A stretch of DNA of 63,856 bases, counting the filler, from Welwitschia mirabilis (lineage: Eukaryota): NCBI GenBank assembly GCA_051453625.1. It is 8 parts of one record of this genome, joined end to end, with 100 filler letters (N's around TTAATTAATTAA, not from the genome) between each part and the next. Parts side by side here need not be neighbours in the genome. Positions count along the whole stretch, not along the records: positions 51,587 to 57,897 come from JBOZIK010000001.1; positions 57,998 to 63,856 come from JBOZIK010000001.1; 6 more parts are not named here. One strand, given 5' to 3'. Positions 53,780-63,856 of the stretch are shown here, in pieces. Numbering within the stretch: position 1 is the first letter of the stretch; each line of letters begins with the position of its first letter. A program made the translations under genes and the position numbers. The notes beneath the pieces are model-generated. The model did no database searches. It saw nothing but the letters and a program-made list of their open reading frames with translations, and was not told the DNA's origin.

Positions 53780-56700
53780 TTCCATTATGGGAAACTTCCA
53801 AGACAATTGCTTCTATCATGTTCAAGGTTGCATCAAAAGATTTTTCATATATTTTTAACCTTTGTTCATTAACTTTCTAAATCTCTTTAATATCTAAGTT
53901 AGAAATCTCAACAGAGTTATTAGGATGTACTTTCTCTATAAGATAAGGACTTAATCATTTAGAGGTTAACTTATTATTTAAAGGATGTACTCTAGTATTT
54001 TATAAAAGAACAAGTTAACCTGGTTCAAACTTTTTATGAATTAACCTTCTATCATGTTTAAACTTAGCTTGGGCTTTGTGAATGAGTTGACGATGTATAA
54101 TATGAGTACATTTCTCATCTAAGTGATTAAGTTGGGATAATTTATTTTTAATATTTTTATGAAGGTTTACAAAACTAAGTTGATGGGAAGAACAAAAAGA
54201 GTTATAACATACATCAACAAGTAAAACACAAACTTTTCCATATACAAGTTCATAAAGTGAAAAATCAAAAGAACTATGCTAAGTAGTATGGTAAACCCCA
54301 ATAACGTCGTTAAGCTTAGGAGCCCAAGATTTCTTATTAACAGAGATAAGTTTTTGTAACATTTTCTTTATTTCTCTATTTGCATTTTTAGATTGACCAT
54401 TGATTTGTAGATGATAAGCACAAGCTACTCTATGTTCAATTCCAATGGATTAAAGAAGTTTCTTGAACAGCTAATTAATAAAATGAGTTCTTTGATTACT
54501 AATGATAATACTAGAAAAAACAAAATTTTAAAAACTATAAGTTTTAATAAAAGTATAAACATTTCAGATATCATTCGTAAAAGTAAAAATAGCTTTAACC
54601 CATTTAATAACATAATCAACAGCCACTAAAATGTAGTTCTTATTATTAGAATATGGTTTAATAGGGCCTATAAAATTGATTCCCCAATAATCAAAAGATT
54701 CACATTCAATAATAAGTTTAAGGGACATCTCATGAGAATGAATAAAGCTACCATAACATTGACAAGCACCACTCCTTCTAGTAAAATCAAAAGAGGCCTG
54801 AAAAAGACTAGGATAATAAAAACTAGAGTAAAGAATTTTCATTGTTGTTTTCTATCCACTAAAGTAACCTCCACAAACACTACCATAGAAAAGATGAATG
54901 GTGTCTGATTTTCCCATTGAGGCACACATTTTTTCATGTTTTAGTCTTTACACTTATGATAAATATGTGGTTCATAATCACCTATTTTATGAAAAAAGGT
55001 TTCATTTGATTATGAGTTCAATGTTGTGGTGTTTTCATTGTAACAAGATAATTAACTATGCCATCATACCAAATAGGAGGATAAATAGAAAATATGGCAA
55101 AAAGTTATTCATCTAAAAAAAATCATCACTCATAAGATCATAAAGAGAAGAAGAAAGATCTAACAAATGATTTGCTAGACTATTATGCTTTTCTACTTTA
55201 TCAATGATGGTCAAATTAAAATATTGCATGAGGAGGATCCATGTAATGAGTCTAGCACTAGAATCTTTCTTGGTCATGAGGTATCTAATAGCTGCATGGT
55301 TAGTATCAACATTCATATAAAAGCCTAAAAAATATTGTCTAAGCATATCAAGGCAAAATATTATTGCTAATATTTCTTTCCCAATAGTAGTATAACCTTA
55401 AAATAATTTTCATATTTTTATCTAAGAACCCCACTCATAACAGTATTACTAGCATTACACATTAATGTAAAATCTTTATTCCAATTGGATCCCATTATAA
55501 TTAGTGCAGAAGAGATTTTATCTTTAAGTGTTTTAAAAGCAAGCTGACAAGATTCATTCTATTTAAATCTAGCTTCTTTTTCAAGTAATGAGTTAAAGGG
55601 TTTATAAATCTTAGCATAATCATGAATAAAATGATGATAAAAACTATAATGACTAAGGAAATTGAACTTGTTTTACTTTTATTAAAGGAGTTAAGTTTTT
55701 AATGATACTTCCTCTTCCAGGGTCCATCCTAATTCCTTTACTAGAAATGTGATGACCTAAGACAATTCCATTATGAACAAAAAATAAACTCTTCTTTCAA
55801 CTCAAATGTAGGCTAATCTCAATGCATCTATTAAGGGCATTCTCAAACCTTTCTAATATTTGTTCAAAGTATTTACCATAGATTGAGAAGTCATTCATAA
55901 AAATTTCAATTAAATCCTTTAACATATCAGAAACAATACCCATCATTGCACATTGACATGTACCAGAAGTATTGCAAAGTCTAAAAGGCATATGTCTAAA
56001 TGCAGAAGTTCCAAAAGGTAAAGTAAAAGTTATTTTACCTTAATTCTCACTAGTAATACAAACCTAATTTTAATTACTATATCCATCAAGGAAGAAATAA
56101 AAGGCATGTCCTTGGTTTCTATTAAGTATCTGGTTAAGGAAAAATAAAGGATAATGATCTTTCTTGGTTACTTTATTTAGTTTTCAAAAATCACTACACA
56201 TTCTCCACTTCTCATCTTTCTTAGGCACTACTATTAAAGGACTAAATCATTCACTATTAGATATGGCATAAATAATTTCAGCATCCATTAATTTAATAAT
56301 TTCATCTTTTACAACTTATTTAAGGGCTGAATTTAGTCTATGTTAGGGTTGTCTAATAGATTTTGCATTATCCTCGAGGTAGATTTTATGTTGAACAATA
56401 GAAGTAGGAATGGCTGTTAAATCTTTGTGGGACCAAGTAAACGCATTAATCTTACAATTCAAAAGTAAGATTAAAATCGATTCATATTGAGAAAAAATAT
56501 TCTTATTTATTATCGAAGTTTTATTCTAATTATCACATAGAAAAATATATTTCAGTCCATGGGATAAAGATTTCGTATTTAAATTTAGATTTTTATTTTT
56601 TATTTAATTTTTCTCAAATTTTACTAGCATCTTAGACTATCGTCCAGATGACTGGGATGGATGGCCTCCCTCAAAATAAGAAATCTTAGTTGTTTTCAAG

Positions 56701-57897
56701 TGTTTGACTTATTTACAAATTTTATTTTTAGCTTTTTTAGTCTCCTGATCAAAGTAGTCAATACCTAAATGCTTATAGTTGGGTTGATCATCATCAAAAG
56801 CTTTCAAGTTTTTTACTTTAAGTGGATCATCAAAGAAGGTAGGCTCATGAAGTATTAATCATCTTTCTTTATGTGGATGATGTTATAAGAATAGAGTTGT
56901 CTTAATTTCTCTTTCAATATTCAACTCATCACCTAAATTATTTTCAATAACATCAAAAAATCTAATGGTAAACTTTTTGTTTCCTTACTAACATTTCATT
57001 ATTCCAATTATTATATCAATAATACAACAAGTTATTGCACAAAAAGCTCTATCTAAAAGTAGTGATAACCTTTGTTATACTCAACTTCAATCTTAACCAC
57101 GTCTATTGGATAGAATTCTTCCTCAATTTGAATAACCAAATCTTTTATTACTCCTAAAGATTTCTTCATTGATGTATCCGCTAATTCTAAGACAATTTGT
57201 ATAGGCTCAATTCTACTTTTCAACCCAAGTCATTGACAAATGTGTAAAGGCATCATATTAACACTTGTTCCTATATCGATTAAGACTTTCTTTATTCTTT
57301 ATTTCCTTCTAATGTAATATTAATTATTGCTACCCCTGGATCCTTAAATTTTGGACATTTTTGTAAGATTAAGTTGGTTATAGATGGGGATAGGAAGACT
57401 TTACTAGGTATAGTTTATTTTTTGTTTCTTTCTAATTAGATATTTTTACAACTTAGAATATTTAGAGTTTTCTTATAAGAGTTTACAAAATGGTAAATTT
57501 ATGCTTACATTTTGCATTAAGGCTTTTAGATGCTTATCAAAAGTAGAATTTGTATTTAATCTAATCAAGCCGAAGTGTAGCAGGTTTCTTACCTTTATCT
57601 TGAGAAGAACCTTTCTTATTAAGCTTAGCACTTAAAGGAGAAGGGAATGTTTGATTTTCTAAGATTTCAATATCCTCTTCTTCTTCATTATTCTTATCAT
57701 TTTGGGATGTTGAAGCCTCATGGGTAAGAGGTGTTGTATCATTTTCACTTCTTGTCACAATCTTACAATATTTTCTTACTTTATTAAGGTTTGGTAAAGG
57801 TTGTGTTGCAAGTAATCATTGTGGTCTTTGATTTGTAAGCATAGTTTGTTGAAGAACATTAACAATATTTTTAATGTTTGAATTTATCTTCTCTTAA
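53780..57897 (-). pseudogene. Degraded Athila gag-pol
   Basis: LIDIGTSVNMMP protease (~57250-57285), MPFRLCN..EIFMNDFSIYG RT, DTNHAAIRYLMTKKDSSARLITWILLMQYF RNase H, FDYWGINFIGP..YILVAVDYVIKWV integrase. Confidence 0.92.
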
Positions 57898-58201
57898 NNN
57901 NNNNNNNNNNNNNNNNNNNNNNNNNNNNNNNNNNNNNNNNNTTAATTAATTAANNNNNNNNNNNNNNNNNNNNNNNNNNNNNNNNNNNNNNNNNNNNATC
58001 TATTTGTATCATCTAGATTACATATAGAATGATAGGTATGAAAAACATGAAATGAAAAATGAAAAATGAAAAATGAAAAACTACGAGAAAAAAACCACAG
58101 TATATATAATAAAAATAAAATGCTACCATAAACCAATAATCTTAAATTAAGATCCAAACCACTTATCTAGATAATGATAATCCTTAAACTCCTTATGGCC
58201 T

Positions 58202-58220
58202 TCCTTGATAATAACATAAA
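58202..58220 (-). promoter_or_regulatory. Heavily deaminated Athila PBS (tRNA-Asp type)
   Basis: TTTATGTTATTATCAAGGA versus canonical TTGGCGCCGTTGCCGGGGA; all but one mismatch are C>T or G>A. Located at the LTR edge. Confidence 0.55.
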
Positions 58221-59769
58221 GATTATTGTGGTGGATACTTATATAATCATTTACATGCTTTATCAAATCATGTCAATCATAAATATGTTACAAAACACAC
58301 ATACTACTATAGACGGGAGTGAATCCAAATGTTATAATCTATCAAAGGAATAGATGAGAAGAAAGAGAATTGATTTTAAATATAATATTTTATATTTTCT
58401 TTTAAGTATAACAATAATGGAAGAAAAAAATGCAAATTAAACACACTATGCAATGAAATGCAAGAAATACTCTAGATGAAATATCTATTTAATTGCCAAA
58501 TCTTTTAACATAAAGATCAATCTTGTATCATCTAGATTAATTAAGGAAAACTATCACTAAACCCAATCAATCTAAGTAATTAAGCACATCCAACAAAATA
58601 TGGAAAACATGTAATATTTTGCTATGAAATGGAAAATGTAATGTAATGCAACTACTCTAATATTTTTAAACTTAATAAAGGTTTCTCTCATGATCTATAT
58701 AAAGTATGAAGGTGTCATAGAATTATATTTAAACATAAACTATAAGGGAAATTTATACAAGATAATATATAAGAAAACTAAAGTTTTGATTAAAATCAAA
58801 TAAACATTCATGTTACAAAGAAATAACACCTCAATAAAGAAAACACAACCAAACACTAAGGAAGACTTCTCTTAATAACAATGGATGAATCTCCTATTCT
58901 TCAATCCTTTGTCATAACAATTTTCAGTGCTAAAGAAGATAAAACTAGAGTCAAAGGTAAAGGAGGTATTTACTATAATCAAACACTCTAAAAATAACAA
59001 ATCTAACAAATGCAATAGAAATCCTAATGATGCATAAAAGGCACATGATACATTGTACAAGTTAGATGAAGTTTGGTGCTTTGACTAAAAATTGTAATCA
59101 TTCTCACTATTATCTAAATAATGGTGAAGATGATGCAATGTTAAAAGAGGTTTCATATCAACTTCCATTATTAGTCTAGTTAGCATATTTTTTAGTGCAC
59201 AAGTCATGTCGTCTATACTATCATCCAAATAATGAAGGAGATGACATGTTTTTAAAGCTCTTCCATCAAGTTAAACTAGCTTTATAGATCACTAATGCTT
59301 TCTTAAAATGTAAAGTATCAAAATTGATCCAACATACCTCTAAATATGCTAGCAATTGCATGTTTTCATGATTTTGTCCTTAACTCTTAATAATCGTTGT
59401 TTTCTACTTAAACTTATCTAAATGTCCTACAAAAATACTTAAAATACCCAATAAAAAACATACAATTTTGGCATCGTAAGAAGGATGGATTAATAGGTCT
59501 AATGAAATTTATTCTCCAAATATCAAAATTTTTAATTGACTAAATCCATTGTTATGACATCCCTAATTTCTCGTTAAATTCTTTATCTCTTGATACTTAT
59601 CATAACTCTAGACATAAGCATTTGAATATTTGAATATTGGGCTAGTAATATCCCATATGAAGGATTTTTATCCCTATTCATCTTGCACCATAATGTCCTC
59701 CTCTTTCTTCCTCATGATCTTTTTTAAAATTTCTTCCTATAACTTTTCTTTCACACATATTCTAATAAC

Positions 59770-62700
59770 TGATAGGATCGAGAACCCTAGAGGGCAGGGG
59801 AGTTGAATAGATTATTTTAAAAACTTAAGCTTAAAAATAAATTAAAGTTATCTAATCACCATTTGCATGTAAAAATAAAAAAAATTCAAGAATGTGCATA
59901 TAAGAAATAAAAAACTAAACATAAAGAATCAAAAGATAGAAAATCATAAACTACCAATTTAGATGCATGCAAGATTTATAGTAGTTCGGGAACTTCCCTA
60001 CTTCACTCTCAACGATCAGCTTCTTTCAAGCTTGATCTTGGATCTTTGTTACTCTATAGGTTTTATTAGGTTCATCTATAATCCTTTCAAGTGGATTTTT
60101 ATAGGCTAAGTCTCAACCTTAACACTAGACTTTTATAGGCTAATTCTTAACTTGTAATAATGGAATTTTACAGGCTAAGTCTCAACCTTTAACAATGGAC
60201 TTTTGTAGGCTAAGTCTTAATCTTTGAAATCAATAGATGTGATGCAATGTAGCCTTGGTAGCTCAGATATCACACTTTCAGTATGAGTATAATGAATGGA
60301 ACTCTCCTCCAATAGATCACAATGATAAAGCTCTTAGATCTAATTCTGAGTGTAGTTCTTTTATCAAGGATAGATCTCTTCAATCAGATATGAAATAATT
60401 CAAGAATATACCAATGGAAATACAACTTGATATTTTAGATCCATAATGAATATACTGATTTATAATAGTTCTAAAAGATTTCTAAATCATCTATTGCGTA
60501 GTTATTTATAATGAAGCATTAGTAGGATTTATTACAAATGAATTATACCTCCAACGGCTATAAATAACGAGAAAATGGCTAGGTAACAGCTAGGTAATGG
60601 ATATATAACATTTACAATTTTTGCTTTTCCACACCATCTAGTTGACCTTATAAAAATTTGGTCGACCCCATGAAAACTTGGTCAACCCCTTCTTGGGTCT
60701 GGTCGACCCTTGTCTCTCAGTCTGGAACTATGGACTATCAGATTCTCAGGTCTGGTTGACCCATGAAAATCTAGTCAATCCCTTTTCTCTCGATCTGCAA
60801 CTATTATCAATTAGTTCCTCAAATCTAGTCATCCCTATGATTATCCAGTCGATTTATTTCCATTTGGTTTAGGGATACTAGCTCGTGAGATCATAGGTTG
60901 GTCGACCCCTTCAGAATCCGGTTAACCCCTCTTGGTTCAGTTCATTTCTTTGCAACTACTTTAGGTGCGATTGACCCCTTCAGGATCTTGTTGACCCCAT
61001 TGGAGGTAAACATAATTGAGCATTTTTTCTAGTGCATTTTAGTCTAATTTTTTCGCCTGCAAAACTCAATCTTATCTGTATACAATATGTAACAATTTGC
61101 ACTACACAAGAGAAATTAGTTTGACATCAATTAGTAAATATAATCTAATAATCTCCTCCTTTAACATTGATGGCAAATAATTTAGTGATTTCAAAAATTT
61201 AAACAATTTAATCTCATTTACCAAACAATTTTAAGCATACATTTAAAAATCAAAACTCCCCCTTACATCAAGAAAAATATACATTTAACCAAAGAGTAAA
61301 ATATAATTATTTCTCTTCCTTTGACATAAAGCATAAACATTGAAAAGCCTAATCTCTCAATATCTTAAGAAAAAATTTTGAAAGCACACTATCATTGTCT
61401 CAATGGCACAAAAAAAAAAAAAAAAAAAAAAAGAAAAAAATAAAGAAGAAGAAAAAAAGAAGAAGAAGAAAAGAGAAACAGCCATAAATATCAATCATAT
61501 TCTCTCCTCCTATGTTGGTCCTAAATGATAAATAATGGTAAGAAAAAATTTTGAAACATATTTAGGCATTTTGAATAGATAAAATTTTTATGCTTTTAAA
61601 TGAGACAAGTTTTGAATATGCACAAATTTGAGAAAACACAATTTTACCAAAAATGATGATCAGGAACACTTATGAATTACACATTTAAATGATACCCTTT
61701 GAGAACACAATATAATAACAAATGATAATGTAAAATATAATTTGAAAATAATCAATAATTTAATTTTCATAAAAAATTTTAACTCATTTTTAATTGAGAT
61801 AATAATTTTAATTCTTTTTAAACATGTCAAGCTTAAAAATACCAAAATAATGCAAGAATTATGCTCAAACATAAGACTGGATTTTATTAACAAAACAAAC
61901 CATTACAAAGTTTCAAACTAAAGAAGAAAGAAAAAAGTGATCATCAAGAGCATACATCTGAAAAATTACTAACAAGCATAAATCTCTCTTTTTGATAACA
62001 AAAGCCAAATAGAGAACAACACAAATATGATTTGAAAGACAAAAAATATTTAATCTGATTCTTTCTTTTCTTCTTCTTCTTCTTCTTTAGATTCCTCCTC
62101 TGAATCTTCTTCATCTCCATTAGTATGAGTAGAGCTAGTACCTTTAGCTAAGGTATCCACAATGTCATATATAGTTGCAATGAGTGCTTCTTTCATATGC
62201 CTAGTGCTAGAGTCAATCCATTTCAAATATGAAAGAGTCTCATCTGGATATGTTGCTTTTGGGGTTTTAGAAGGGAATTTCTTTGAAGGAGCAAAGATAT
62301 GCATGCAAAACAAAGTCACACATCTAATGGGTGATAAAGGCTGAAGTGTTTCCAAAGAAGGATGCAGATTAATACAAAAATGTTGACATATTTTAGTGAT
62401 AAGCACAAAGTAGCATAGAGCCCTAGTTCTATGGTACTCCAACTGTGAAACCATACTTTTCAATATTATGGCAAGAGCATCAATAGAATGCTGAGTTCCT
62501 ACTAAAACATCAAATATGCCCTATAGCTAGAGGCTTCATCATGATAGCTAGCTAAAGGAAAAAAATTATAAGTAAAGACCAAATAAATGAAGTGATATTT
62601 GGGAGTCAATAGAGAAGTAGACAAGGTGTGTTTCCAGGTATGCATTTTATCGCAATCTCACTAGTGACTACCTGCTTATCTTCCATGGTGTCTCTTAGAG

Positions 62701-63856
62701 GCTTAAACTCCTCATATCTCCCTGTGGAATATCAGTCAGCTCTGAAATAAGGCCTACTATCACTCTTATCCTTCTACCTAAAACAAGGATTTCTAGAGTT
62801 CTGGTATCATGATTGAAAGAAGCATTGCAATAAAACATTCTAATAAGAAAAGAATATGTAGAATCTAAAACATCCAAGAAATCATCTAGATCTTGATCTC
62901 TCAAGAGCTGAATGACATCTCTTAGTTTCCTAATCTCAGGTGCAACTACTGACCTCTCCTAATACATAGCTTTCTTTTCAAACTCTTCAAAAAACTTGTT
63001 AATAGTGTATTCATACATTCCCTGGTAGAAGTAGGGAGGTTCCCTTAAAAAACCTTCCTTTGAACCTCTTTTAGAAGAGTTGGCTACCATTGTAAGACTT
63101 TTGAAAGAAAGGAGACTGAGAAAATTACTAAAATCTAGCTGCAAAGATCTCCTAATCTGGAAGGAAAATCACTAGATTTGAAGACTTGGAGGCACTATAG
63201 TAAGATGAAATCAAGTTATGGTTCTAGTTCTTTAATAGATTGAGGGAATTAGGGCAGATTTGAGAAAGAAATTTGGTCTACCGATTGTACTTCCACACTG
63301 TAATCCATTAGGTCTGGTCAACCGCTCGAACATCTGATCGACCCATCGAGACATGAGTTTATAGTACTAGAAGGGGTCTAGGCAATTGGGCTTTCAAGTA
63401 AGTCAAACGACCACATCCAGTTGACCAAATCATAGATCTATCGGCAGCCCTACAATCAGCTAAGGAACAGTGTACTAACCTCTAGATCACTTTTATGAAG
63501 GATAAATTAATTACAAAAACTAGAGTTTACATCAGATTTGATAGAATGACATTTAGTTTTATCATAATCTTTTTTAAAATGTTACACTAAATATAACAAT
63601 ATTTGTTTTCTCATTTTTAACTATACATTTTGATTTATCAGAGATTATTCTATGCACTTTATCATAAAGTTGACTAACACTTAGTAAATTGTGTTGTAAA
63701 CCATTCACATAAAGTATATTATCAAGATTGGATGACATATCTTCTTTGATGCTTCCTGTACCTTCTATTTTTGCTATTTTGTTGTTTCCAAAAATGACTT
63801 CTCCTCCATTTATGGTCTTCAAGTTCTGAAATCTTGATTTATCTTCTGTCATATGC
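59770..63856 (-). mobile_element. Sirevirus element with internal deletion: pol start, env-like ORF, multiple PPTs, 3' LTR (61150-59770)
   Basis: HMTEDKSRF..GGEVIFGNN..LYVNGLQHNLLSVSQL at 63574-63856, an env-like ORF, repeated purine tracts (61151, 61256, 61312, 61502, 61982), and an LTR with a GTCGACCCC array and C-rich end ...CCTATCA. Confidence 0.85.
62050..63090 (-). pseudogene. env-like ORF of the terminal Sirevirus element (broken)
   Basis: Collinear pieces MVANSSKRGSKEG.., LIRMFYCNA..VLGRRIRV..LISELTDIP and LCYFVLITKICQHF, with an acidic tail. Confidence 0.75.

Larger units (their letters stand above)
51587..59480 (-). mobile_element. Athila-type Ty3-gypsy element: 5' LTR (59480-58224), PBS, gag-pol, post-pol region
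   Basis: LTR homologous to 31415-32610, 33600-34835 and 41635-42596, a decayed tRNA-Asp PBS, and gypsy domain order PR-RT-RH-IN. Confidence 0.85.

Overview
This is AT-rich, gapped plant nuclear DNA, almost entirely decayed and nested retrotransposons, with no intact protein-coding gene that I can support. It holds at least four Sirevirus (SIRE/Maximus Ty1-copia) pieces and four to five Athila-type Ty3-gypsy pieces. It also holds the 5' end of a younger Tork/Tnt1-like copia element, an L1 LINE remnant, a probable hAT-type MITE end, a candidate tRNA-derived SINE, microsatellites, and seven artificial 100-nt scaffold linkers (N44-TTAATTAATTAA-N44). The most notable non-TE signal is a full-length, intronless, disabled copy of a UCH3/UCH-L3-type deubiquitinase gene (39281-38540, minus strand). 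The ORF track shows only one fragment of it, and it lies next to, and in the same orientation as, an Athila integrase remnant. The second is a ~1.1 kb unit present twice (24736-25860, 26244-27369) that looks like a non-autonomous gypsy interior carrying a kinase-like motif (GKLGYMAPEW), with an LRR-like motif just beyond one copy. I see no convincing evidence of a wholly new biological system. All family assignments come from motif recognition by eye, and boundaries are approximate unless a terminal motif is quoted.
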